Origin: Candidatus Sericytochromatia bacterium
GTDB lineage: Bacteria; Cyanobacteriota; Sericytochromatia; S15B-MN24; UBA4093
Reading direction: 5' to 3'
Length of the DNA: 59,706 nucleotides
Assembly: GCA_036676985.1 (NCBI GenBank)
Contig: JAKFBU010000053.1
Coordinates: 1 to 59,706 of the forward strand
Part shown: piece after piece, positions 9,975 to 19,603 of the stretch
Layout: each line of letters opens with the position of its first letter
Numbering within the stretch: position 1 is the first letter of the stretch
Position numbers and translations under genes: made by a program
Notes under the pieces: generated by a model
What the model was told of the DNA's origin: nothing
Databases searched by the model: none
The model's input: the letters and a program-made list of their open reading frames with translations, nothing else

Positions 9975-10226
9975 CTAGCGCAGCGCCAGAGGGCGCCCGA
10001 GGAGCGTCCGGTCGGACACCTTGTAGCGGCTCGGAAACGGCTTGTTGTCCGCAACGGCATGCTGGATCTCGTCCTGCACCCGCCACACCGCTGCGTAGAG
10101 GCGCTTGGCCTCCTCGTGGGAGTCGAGGCTGCTCAGTTCCCGCACCTTGTGCAGGGCCTGGACCGTGGCGTCGATGAGCGAGCTGGCCTCGAAGCGAAAG
10201 CCGGCGATCTCGTAGGTGTAGACCAT
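9975..10226 (-). CDS. Small hypothetical protein (83 aa)
   Basis: Strong RBS AAAGGAGGAGG before ATG; protein-like composition. Confidence 0.7.
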   Translation of the reverse strand: MVYTYEIAGFRFEASSLIDATVQALHKVRELSSLDSHEEAKRLYAAVWRVQDEIQHAVADNKPFPSRYKVSDRTLLGRPLALR

Positions 10227-10422
10227 GCCTCCTCCTTTCCGGACGACCCCAGCTTGCCAGGCTTCCGTGAGCCACGTCTTGCTCCGAGGTTACGGAGGGA
10301 TTGCGTGCCGTATTCGGAGCATGTTTGCCGCTGGTTAAATGATTGAAAAACGTCGCAACCGAAAGTGGGTGGGAGGGTAAGGATTTCATATTGCGTACGG
10401 TCGGAAGTGAAAGGAGCCTTGA

Positions 10423-11124
10423 ATGGGGTTTTTGGATGGAATCGGGGGAGCCATCTCGGGCGCCTGGAACGCCACGATCGGGCAGGCCGTCAAGGCCGTC
10501 ACGAACCTCTTCTCCCCGCCGCCCGCGCCGCCCGCGCCCACCATGGCCAAGGATTCGGCCAGCCTCTCGGTGGGCGCGACCAACTGGGAGAAGAGCGCGA
10601 ACATCATCGCCGGCAACACGGGGCGGATCGTGAGCAACGGCGGGGCCAGCCTGGCGGACTTCTCGGGCGTCATCACCAACGGCGGTGGTAACTTCAACCT
10701 CTCGGTGGTCAAGGACGGCGAGCGCAACCACAGCGGCAACAACCCCTCGGGCGGCGTCTACGACACGCAGCTCGGCAACCACGACATCGTGGTCATGGGC
10801 GACGGCGTGAAGGTCGGCGTGGACGGCGGCGTGGTCATCACGAAGGGCGATCGCACCATCGTCGCCGAGGGCTCCAAGACGGGGCCCAACGGAGAGACCA
10901 TCCCGGTCGGCAAGACCACCGACATCACCGACATCCTCAAGGGCAAGGGCCAGATCATCAGCAACAACGGGGCCACCGTCATCACCAACGGCGGCGGCAA
11001 CATCCTCAGTGGGAACACGGCGAACATCCTGAGCGGCAACACGGCCAACATCATCGGCGGTAATACCGGCAACATCATCGGCGGCAACACCGCCAACATC
11101 ATCGGCGACAAGGGCGGCAGCTAG
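10423..11124 (+). CDS. Hypothetical protein with 8-residue Ile/Gly/Asn repeats
   Basis: RBS AAGGAG; C-terminal IISNNGAT/VITNGGGN/ILSGNTAN/IIGGNTAN tandem units; followed by a hairpin. Confidence 0.85.
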   Translation: MGFLDGIGGAISGAWNATIGQAVKAVTNLFSPPPAPPAPTMAKDSASLSVGATNWEKSANIIAGNTGRIVSNGGASLADFSGVITNGGGNFNLSVVKDGERNHSGNNPSGGVYDTQLGNHDIVVMGDGVKVGVDGGVVITKGDRTIVAEGSKTGPNGETIPVGKTTDITDILKGKGQIISNNGATVITNGGGNILSGNTANILSGNTANIIGGNTGNIIGGNTANIIGDKGGS

Positions 11125-11141
11125 CGCTCCTTTCGATCGAT

Positions 11142-11175
11142 GCGGCCCTGCCTCCCCGACGGGAGGCAGGGCCGC
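11142..11175 (+). terminator. Hairpin downstream of the repeat protein
   Basis: 15-bp perfect stem gcggccctgcctccc/gggaggcagggccgc. Confidence 0.6.
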
Positions 11176-11234
11176 GATCTTGTGGGCGTGGGGCCTCAGG
11201 AGTACGATGGACCTGAAAGGAAGGTACATGCCCC

Positions 11235-12770
<1,536 letters not shown>

Positions 12771-12778
12771 ACCACTCG

Positions 12779-12810
12779 GGCCCCTGCTGACGTCAGCGGG
12801 GGCCTTTCTT
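12779..12810 (+). terminator. Terminator-like hairpin between fumarase and acyl-CoA dehydrogenase
   Basis: ggcccctgctga-cg-tcagcgggggcc then tttctt. Confidence 0.6.
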
Positions 12811-12823
12811 TAGGAGGACGCCC

Positions 12824-14593
12824 ATGGCGATCGACGCGCTCCAAGGTTCCACCCGCCACTCGGTCTCCGGCCCCAACTACTACCACGCGGATCCGGCCTT
12901 CCAGGCAATGATGTCGGAAGCCCTCGGGCCCGAGGGCATGGCCTGGGCCCGCCCTCTGCTCGAGGACATGGGCCGCATGGCCGCCCAGGACATCGTGCCC
13001 CTGGCGGAGGACGCCAACCAGAATCCGCCGGTCCTGGTCCAGTACGACGCCAACGGCAACCGGATCGACGAGGTCAAGGTCCATCCCGCCTACCGCGAGA
13101 TGACGCGCCTCGCCTACGGCGCGGGCCTCGGCGGCATGTTCTACGAGCCGGCCATGCGGGCCAAGCACGGCTACGTGCCGCACGCGCTCGTCTTCGGGCT
13201 CGGCTACCTCTTCGCCCAGGCCGAGCAGGGCCTTTACTGCCCCATCTGCATGACCGAGGGCTCGGCGCGTCTGGTGGACCTCTTCGGGGACGACGACCTC
13301 AAGGCCAGGTTCCTGCCGGGCATCACCGCGCGCGACCTCGAGTCCCTGCTCGAGGGGGCCATGTTCCTCACCGAGAAGCAGGGCGGCTCGGACGTGGGCG
13401 CCAACGAGACCGTCGCGCGCCAGGTGGACGGCCAGTGGCGCCTCTACGGCGACAAGTGGTTCTGCTCCAATGCCGGAGAGGCGGGCGTCATGATGGTGCT
13501 CGCGCGTCCCGAGGGGGCGCAGCCCGGAACCCGGGGCCTGGGCCTCTTCCTGATGCCCAAGAACCTGGAGGACGGCTCGCGCAACCACTACCGGATCCAT
13601 CGCCTCAAGGACAAGCTCGGCACTCGCTCGATGGCCTCGGGCGAGTTCACGCTGGACGGGGCGATCGCCTACCCGGTGGGCGACCTCTCGCGCGGCTTCA
13701 AGTACATGACCGAGATGCTCAACCTGAGCCGCACCTACAACTCGGTGGCGGCCCTCGCCATCATGCGCCGGGCCTACACCGAGGCGCGCGACTATGCGTC
13801 GCAGCGCGCGGCCTTCGGCAAGACCATCGACCACTACCCCATGGTCCGCCAGATGCTCACCTCGATGGTGGTGGAGCTGGAGGCGGCGACGGCCTTCGTC
13901 TGGGAGGCCATCCGCTACCTGGACCGGGTGGATCAGGGGACGGCCAGCGAGGAAGAACAGGTCATGCGCCGCCTGCTGACGCCCATGATCAAGTACCACA
14001 CGGGCAAGCAGGCCATCCGCTTCGCCTCCGAGGCCTGCGAGATGCTCGGCGGCAACGGCTACATCGAGACCTTCGTGACGCCGCGCCTCCTGCGTGACGC
14101 CCAGGTGCTGCCCATCTGGGAGGGCACGACCAACATCCTGGTGCTGGACGTCGTGCGCTGCCTCGGGCGCGAGGGCGCGGGCCCCATCCTCCTCGCCGAG
14201 CTGCGGCGCCGGCTCTCGGCCTCAAAGGCCGAGGCGAGCGCTCACTGGCGCATGGTCCTCGCCCGCGAGGCGGACCGCCTGGAGCAAGCGCTCGGGGATC
14301 TCTCGAGCCAGGACGAGGTGCGGCTGCAGCTGCATGCCAAGACGTGGAGCGATCGCGCCATCCGCCTCTACGAGGCCGTCCTGCTCCTGGGCCAGGCGGA
14401 TCGGGAGCTCGCCACTGGCAACGCCCGCAAGCTCGCCATCCTCGCCCGGCACGTGGAGCTGTTCCTCGTCCCCAGGGAGTTCGGCATGGAAGGCTGGTGT
14501 GAGGATGCCACGCCGCACGAGCTCTTCGAGGGCCTGGTCCACCACACCCCGGTGTCCCTCGAGGCCATGATGTCGAGCGTCCGGCAACCCTAA
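12824..14593 (+). CDS. Acyl-CoA dehydrogenase family protein, AidB-like
   Basis: CPICMT, LTEKQGGSDV, KWFCS, RLKDKLGTRSMASGE, GGNGYIE, IWEGTTNI. Confidence 0.9.
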   Translation: MAIDALQGSTRHSVSGPNYYHADPAFQAMMSEALGPEGMAWARPLLEDMGRMAAQDIVPLAEDANQNPPVLVQYDANGNRIDEVKVHPAYREMTRLAYGAGLGGMFYEPAMRAKHGYVPHALVFGLGYLFAQAEQGLYCPICMTEGSARLVDLFGDDDLKARFLPGITARDLESLLEGAMFLTEKQGGSDVGANETVARQVDGQWRLYGDKWFCSNAGEAGVMMVLARPEGAQPGTRGLGLFLMPKNLEDGSRNHYRIHRLKDKLGTRSMASGEFTLDGAIAYPVGDLSRGFKYMTEMLNLSRTYNSVAALAIMRRAYTEARDYASQRAAFGKTIDHYPMVRQMLTSMVVELEAATAFVWEAIRYLDRVDQGTASEEEQVMRRLLTPMIKYHTGKQAIRFASEACEMLGGNGYIETFVTPRLLRDAQVLPIWEGTTNILVLDVVRCLGREGAGPILLAELRRRLSASKAEASAHWRMVLAREADRLEQALGDLSSQDEVRLQLHAKTWSDRAIRLYEAVLLLGQADRELATGNARKLAILARHVELFLVPREFGMEGWCEDATPHELFEGLVHHTPVSLEAMMSSVRQP

Positions 14594-14597
14594 CTCC

Positions 14598-14632
14598 AAA
14601 AAAAGAAGCCCCCGCCGAACTCGGCGGGGGCT
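14598..14632 (-). terminator. Rho-independent terminator between convergent genes
   Basis: agcccccgccga/tcggcgggggct stem with an A-run on +, i.e. a U-tract on -. Confidence 0.85.
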
Positions 14633-14648
14633 ATGTCTTGAGGTCGCC

Positions 14649-15779
14649 TTACAGGAAGACCGACACCTGATGCGGCACCGCACCCGTGCGGGTGGCGGCG
14701 TGCGGGCGGCTCTCGGCCATGCTCGCGGGCGTCACCTTCACGAACTCGATGGTCTGCTGGTGCAGGTCCTCGATGGAGGCCGAGTTGCAGTAGCTCAGGC
14801 CCGAACGGATGCCGCCGTCCAGCTCCTCGAGCAGGGGCGTCACCGATCCCTTGTAGGGGATGAGCGTCGAGATGCCCTCGGGCGTGCGCTCCGCGCCCAC
14901 CTTGGCCATGGCCCCCGCCGAGGCCATGCCCCGGTACATCTTGTGGCTCATGCCGTTCTCGGTGATGACCTCGCCCGGCGCCTCGTCCGTGCCCGCGAAC
15001 AGGCTGCCGATCATGACGCTGTCCGCGCCCGCGCAGAGCGCCTTGACGATGTCGCCCGAGTTGCGGATGCCGCCGTCGGCGATGAGCGTCGGCTTGAGCT
15101 GCACGCGGGGCTTCGCCTTGCGCTTCTCCACGTCGTACCACCGATCGACCGCCGCCCGGCACTTCATGACCGCCGAGAGCTGGGGCACGCCGCAGCCCGT
15201 CACGATGCGGGTGGTGCAGACCGCCCCCGGGCCCACGCCCACCTTGATGGCGTGCGCGCCCGCCTCGAGCAGGTCCCACGCGCCCTCGGAGGTGGCCACG
15301 TTGCCCGCGATGATCCACAGCTTCGGCCAGCGCTCGCGGATCGTCTGGATCGTCTCGATCACCCGGTCGCTGTGGCCGTGCGCCACGTCGATGAGGACGC
15401 CGTGCAGGCCCTCGATCATCTCGATCTTGTCCAGGTCCGAGGGCTTGACGCCGATGGCCAGGATCCGGGTGCCCGGGGTCTCCGAGACCATCCGCGCGTG
15501 CGTGACGGCGTCCGGGATGAACCGGTGGATGATGCCGAGGCCGCCCAGCTCGTGCATGGCCCGCGCCATGGACAGCTCGGTGACCGTGTCCATGTTCGCG
15601 CTGATGATCGGCAGCTCGAGCGTCAGATCGCCCACCAGGCGGGTGCGCAGGGAGACGTCCTTGCGCGAGTAGATCGAGGAGCGCTTCGGGACGATCAGGA
15701 CGTCGTCGAAGGTCAAACCTTGGTTTTCGAGGAGCTTAACGCCCATGAGTGGTTTCCATTCTGTCGTCTGGCCTGACAC
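14649..15779 (-). CDS. IMP dehydrogenase / GMP reductase family protein without CBS domains (start may be 15746)
   Basis: [40 protein letters not shown] (catalytic Cys), ADGGIR, YRGMAS. Confidence 0.9.
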   Translation of the reverse strand: MSGQTTEWKPLMGVKLLENQGLTFDDVLIVPKRSSIYSRKDVSLRTRLVGDLTLELPIISANMDTVTELSMARAMHELGGLGIIHRFIPDAVTHARMVSETPGTRILAIGVKPSDLDKIEMIEGLHGVLIDVAHGHSDRVIETIQTIRERWPKLWIIAGNVATSEGAWDLLEAGAHAIKVGVGPGAVCTTRIVTGCGVPQLSAVMKCRAAVDRWYDVEKRKAKPRVQLKPTLIADGGIRNSGDIVKALCAGADSVMIGSLFAGTDEAPGEVITENGMSHKMYRGMASAGAMAKVGAERTPEGISTLIPYKGSVTPLLEELDGGIRSGLSYCNSASIEDLHQQTIEFVKVTPASMAESRPHAATRTGAVPHQVSVFL

Positions 15780-15897
15780 GCAGGCCCGGCAAGAGGGAGG
15801 CCGCGCCTCGAGCAGACCTTTTCGGCCATGAGGACGCAGCCTCCCATGTTACGGGAGTCAAGGAAGGTTTGCAAGAAAGCGGCGGCGCCGCCCGGCG

Positions 15898-16533
15898 CTA
15901 GCGAGCCGGGTCGGAGGGCAGCGCGAGGGCCCGCTGCAGCTGAGGCCGCGCGAACTTCAGCAGGAAGGCCGGACCCTCTCCCTTGGCCGAGAGGAGTTTC
16001 TCGTCCTGGTTCAGGTCGAGCTCCGCGAAGATCCGGGCCAAGAGCGGCCAGTCGGCCGTAAGGCCCAGGTCGCGCGTCATGTAGTCGCGCAGCTCGGTCA
16101 GATCGAAGTCCTTGTCCGCGGCGTAGGGCTTGATGGCCGCGGACATGCGCTCCTCGACCACGTGGTGGTAGGCCTCGACCGACTCGGTGGCCGCGAGCGC
16201 CCGCTGGTACTCGGGGGCTACGACCTGGCCGTCCCGGTTGCCGTCGAACTGGGCCATGAACAGGTCCACCATGGCCGCGTCCCGGCCCGGGGCGTACTCC
16301 GCGCGCTGGATGGCGCCGTTGCGATCGGCGTCGGCGTTGGTCATGAGGTAGGGCAGCTGCTCGCCGAGGACCGTCTTGACGATGGCGTTGAGCTTGGCAT
16401 GCGTGACGTCGTGGTCGTCCTGCGCGCGCAGCGACTGGACGCTGCTGGGGCGGACGGTGCCCTGGGGCGCGACGCCGCAACCCGCGAGCACGGCCGCGAG
16501 GGCGACGGTGAGGACCCGAGACGTCTTGGTCAT
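15898..16533 (-). CDS. EF-hand lipoprotein
   Basis: Lipobox LAGC; Ca-binding loops DADRNGAIQRAE, DGNRDGQVVAPE, DLNQDEKL. Confidence 0.8.
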   Translation of the reverse strand: MTKTSRVLTVALAAVLAGCGVAPQGTVRPSSVQSLRAQDDHDVTHAKLNAIVKTVLGEQLPYLMTNADADRNGAIQRAEYAPGRDAAMVDLFMAQFDGNRDGQVVAPEYQRALAATESVEAYHHVVEERMSAAIKPYAADKDFDLTELRDYMTRDLGLTADWPLLARIFAELDLNQDEKLLSAKGEGPAFLLKFARPQLQRALALPSDPAR

Positions 16534-16543
16534 GACACAACCC

Positions 16544-16599
16544 TTTCTTAAACAGGTCTTAACGTCACCAGTCTACGCCCTCGGGGGACCTCCCGTCAA
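16544..16599 (-). promoter_or_regulatory. Sigma70-type promoter (TTGACG-N18-TAGACT) followed by a TTAAG-N6-TTAAG operator
   Basis: -35 at 16594-16599, -10 at 16570-16575, repeat ttaagacctgtttaagaaa at 16544-16562. Confidence 0.6.
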
Positions 16600-16600
16600 C

Positions 16601-16640
16601 GCACAGCGCCCCCGCCCAACTCTGGGCGGGGGCGCTGTGC
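16601..16640. terminator. 18-bp hairpin downstream of the 89-aa gene
   Basis: gcacagcgcccccgccca-actc-tgggcgggggcgctgtgc. Confidence 0.7.
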
Positions 16641-16648
16641 GAAAGAGC

Positions 16649-16918
16649 CTAGATGGCGGCGGCCTTGCGCGCCAAGGAGCTCAGGGGCGCGACGCGCGGC
16701 TCGGCGTCGTCGGCATCCCACTCGACGGTGAAGAACGAGGTCGAACCGGACTTGCTGCTGCGACCGCCGGAGCGCTCGTACACCATGACCGCGCACGCGT
16801 TGTCGACGCTGTCGACCAGGGTGTACTCCGCCTCGCTCGGCAGGTTCCCAAGCCCGATCGCCTCGTTCACCTTACGGCGAGCGACCGTCGTCCACTTGGC
16901 TCCCAGAAGCATGGCCAT
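16649..16918 (-). CDS. Small hypothetical protein (89 aa)
   Basis: RBS GAGGAGG well spaced from ATG; hairpin immediately downstream. Confidence 0.75.
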   Translation of the reverse strand: MAMLLGAKWTTVARRKVNEAIGLGNLPSEAEYTLVDSVDNACAVMVYERSGGRSSKSGSTSFFTVEWDADDAEPRVAPLSSLARKAAAI

Positions 16919-17175
16919 CGTTGCCTCCTCTTTCTAAAGCGCCGTCGCCGGCGCGTCAATCGCGCGGACCGAGATCCGGCCCAAAACCTCCGGGCGCAGA
17001 CCGGAACCGGCTGCGCCTGCGTAGCCTCAAGGGGTCGACTGTCTGACCGCCCATGGAGCCGAGGAATCCGTCAATAACGTCATCCTCCACTGAATCCCGG
17101 CTGTTCTCATAGTCTCCTTGAGTGAGCCTGCGTTAAGCTGACGAGCAGCTTATGATCCGCATGGCTCCTTAACTT

Positions 17176-17200
17176 AATAAAGAGAGATTTTATTATATCA
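17176..17200 (-). promoter_or_regulatory. Extended -10 promoter TGaTATAAT with an overlapping AATAAAA-N5-TTTTATT palindrome
   Basis: Consensus TATAAT at 17192-17197 on the minus strand within an AT-rich patch; palindrome at 17176-17194. Confidence 0.65.
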
Positions 17201-17323
17201 TGGATCCGAGGGTTTGGCTCGGGGCGCGCGCGAAGCCCTTCCTTGCTCGATCTCTCGAGTTGCAGCCCCGCGGGGTGGCGATCGCCGCCCCTGTCCAGGC
17301 CAAACCGGCCCAAGAACTTCGCC

Positions 17324-17355
17324 AAAAACGCGAGGCCCCCGGAGAGGGCCTCGCG
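17324..17355 (-). terminator. Rho-independent terminator with no annotated large gene upstream
   Basis: Minus strand cgcgaggccc-tctccgg-gggcctcgcg followed by TTTTT. Confidence 0.75.
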
Positions 17356-17429
17356 AACTTCGTCAGTGTGGGTGGGTCAGGCCATCCGCTCGCGCGATGG
17401 CTGTCCAGCCGCATTGGGGTAGGGCTGAC

Positions 17430-17474
17430 CTACAGGCCCATCACCTCGAAAGACTGGCTACTGTTACTATCCAT
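17430..17474 (-). CDS. Candidate 14-aa small ORF MDSNSSQSFEVMGL
   Basis: Perfect SD AAAGGAGGT (17483-17491) 8 nt before ATG; own terminator at 17324-17355. Confidence 0.45.
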   Translation of the reverse strand: MDSNSSQSFEVMGL

Positions 17475-17611
17475 AGGCAGGTACCTCCTTTGCAGTTTTG
17501 AGGGTTGAAGTGTCCTCGAGGACTCTTTACCCCGGACGGGCGATTATCCTACCGAGCAAGCGCCATTTGCCCTAAACTGGTACGGAGTCGCCCCCACCCA
17601 TCGGAGGTATC

Positions 17612-19099
17612 GTGAGGTTTCCTAGATCATCCGGCGTGCTTCTGCACCCGACGTCCCTGCCCGGGCGCTTCGGCATGGGCACCTTCGGCCGCGAGGCCTT
17701 CGGCTTCGTCGACAGCCTCGCCAAGGCTGGCCAGACCTACTGGCAGGTCCTGCCCCTGGGCCCCACGGGCTACGGGGACTCCCCCTACCAGTCGTTCTCG
17801 GCGTTCGCCGGCAACCCCCAGCTCATCGATCTCGAGCTCTTGCAGGAGGCCGGCCTCCTGGAGGCCGCGGACCTCGCGGACGCCCCCGCCTTCCCGGCAG
17901 GGGAGGTCGACTACGGCTGGGTCATCCCCTACAAGCTCGGCAAGCTGAAGCGCGCCTTCGAGCGCTTCGAGGCCCTGGCGGGCCCCGAGTCGCGCGGACG
18001 CTTCGACGCCTTCGTCCGCTCCCAGGCGGCCTGGCTCGACGACTTCGCCCTCTTCATGGCCCTCAAGGATCACTTCGCGGGGGCCGGCTGGTCCACCTGG
18101 GATGCCGACATCCGGGCCCACCGCCCCGAGGCCGTCCGAGAGTGGCAAGAGCGCCTGGCGCCGTCCGTGCGCTTCCATGCCTTCCTGCAGTACCTGTTCT
18201 TCGACCAGTACCGGGACCTCAAGCAGTACGCCAACGACCGCAAGGTCCACATCATCGGCGACATTCCCATCTTCGTCGCCTACGACAGCGCGGATGCCTG
18301 GAGCCACCCCGAGATCTTCTACCTGGACACCCAGGGGCATCCGACGGTGGTGGCGGGCGTACCGCCCGACTACTTCAGCGAGACCGGCCAGCTCTGGGGC
18401 AACCCGCTGTACCGCTGGGACGTGCTCGAGCAGTCGGGCTTCGCGTGGTGGATCGAGCGTCTCAAGATGGCGCTCGCGCTCTACGACGTGGTGCGCATCG
18501 ACCACTTCCGCGGCTTCGAGGCCTACTGGGAGGTGCCCGCGGGCGAGGAGACGGCCATCAACGGCCGCTGGATCAAGGCCCCGGGGCATGCCCTCTTCAA
18601 GGCGGTCGAAAGGGCGCTCGGCAACCTGCCCATCATCGCCGAGGACCTGGGCGTCATCACGCCCGAGGTCGAGGCCCTGCGCGACGAGGCCGGCCTGCCC
18701 GGCATGAAGATCCTGCAGTTCGCCTTCGGCGGGGACCCCGAGAACGCCTACCTGCCGCACAACTTCGTGCGCAACTGCGTGGTCTACACGGGAACCCACG
18801 ACAACGACACCACCCGAGGCTGGTTCGAGGCCGCGCCCGACGCCGAGCGCGCCGATGCCCTCGCCTACCTGGGCTACGAGCCCGCCGACGTGCCGGAGGC
18901 CCTCATCCGGCTCGCCCTCGCGTCGGTCGCCGACCTCGCCGTGGTGCCCATGCAGGACTGGCTGGGCCTGGACAGCCCGGCGCGCATGAACACGCCGGGC
19001 AAGGCCGCGGGCAACTGGGCGTGGCGGATGCCCCCAGGAGCCCTGGACGGGGCCCTCACGAAGCGGATCCGGTCGCTCACCGAGCGTTACGGGCGCTAG
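17612..19099 (+). CDS. malQ: 4-alpha-glucanotransferase (GH77 amylomaltase)
   Basis: GVLLHPTSLP, SPYQSFSAFAGNP, GVPPDYFSETGQLWGNP, RIDHFRG, IAEDLG, YTGTHDNDT. Confidence 0.96.
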   Translation: MRFPRSSGVLLHPTSLPGRFGMGTFGREAFGFVDSLAKAGQTYWQVLPLGPTGYGDSPYQSFSAFAGNPQLIDLELLQEAGLLEAADLADAPAFPAGEVDYGWVIPYKLGKLKRAFERFEALAGPESRGRFDAFVRSQAAWLDDFALFMALKDHFAGAGWSTWDADIRAHRPEAVREWQERLAPSVRFHAFLQYLFFDQYRDLKQYANDRKVHIIGDIPIFVAYDSADAWSHPEIFYLDTQGHPTVVAGVPPDYFSETGQLWGNPLYRWDVLEQSGFAWWIERLKMALALYDVVRIDHFRGFEAYWEVPAGEETAINGRWIKAPGHALFKAVERALGNLPIIAEDLGVITPEVEALRDEAGLPGMKILQFAFGGDPENAYLPHNFVRNCVVYTGTHDNDTTRGWFEAAPDAERADALAYLGYEPADVPEALIRLALASVADLAVVPMQDWLGLDSPARMNTPGKAAGNWAWRMPPGALDGALTKRIRSLTERYGR

Positions 19100-19100
19100 C

Positions 19101-19140
19101 AACGAGCCGGGGCGGGGGATTTCCCCCGCCCCGGCTCGTT
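19101..19140. terminator. Perfect hairpin between convergent malQ and YwbE-like genes
   Basis: aacgagccggggcggggga/tcccccgccccggctcgtt. Confidence 0.8.
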
Positions 19141-19369
19141 AGGACGCTTGGCTGGCTATGGGCAAGATGATCCGGACGCGGCCGACGTGACCCGTGGTCA
19201 GACGGACCTTGATGCCCCGGGGGTGCGTCGGGGACTTGGTGAGGATCTGGGCGACGACGCCTTCGATGGTGTCACGACTGGCCAGGTGGTGCTTCTCGAC
19301 GATGAGGACACGATCGCCAATCTTGGGGCGCAGCGGGGGCCTCCTTTCGCGCTCGACGACAGTGGGCAA
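19139..19369 (-). CDS. YwbE / DUF2196 family protein
   Basis: G.V..ILTKSPTHPRGIKVRLTTGHVGRV signature; start uncertain. Confidence 0.8.
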   Translation of the reverse strand: MPTVVERERRPPLRPKIGDRVLIVEKHHLASRDTIEGVVAQILTKSPTHPRGIKVRLTTGHVGRVRIILPIASQAS

Positions 19370-19603
19370 AGGCGCATGGCTGGGCGCTACGAGCGGGGTC
19401 AGGATAGCAAGACGGGACCCCGGCCCCTTCCATCATGACGGCCGAATCGTTTGGGGGTTTTTGGGACTCGTTAAATGTCCGTCAAACCACGTTAGTCGGC
19501 GACCGGATCGGGCCATATACAGAGGAGGGGTATGACGGGTCCGAGCGCCCGTGGCTCCGCGACGACTCGGCGATTGTTCCGGCTCCAGAAGGAGGATCAA
19601 GCG

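Noticed and set aside
10330-10375. Sigma28 promoter upstream of the repeat protein
   Set aside because: TAAA and ACCGAAAG are 18 nt apart rather than about 15; not supportable.
15830-15860. TAACATgg(g/a)(a/g)ggctgcg similarity between the IMPDH and mnmG upstream regions
   Set aside because: A short match made mostly of a -10 box plus GC-rich bases; could be chance.
17193-17474. Amber readthrough joining the 14-aa ORF to the in-frame 17193-17414 ORF
   Set aside because: The extension runs through a U-tailed terminator, has no protein-like features, and there are no pyl genes in the window.
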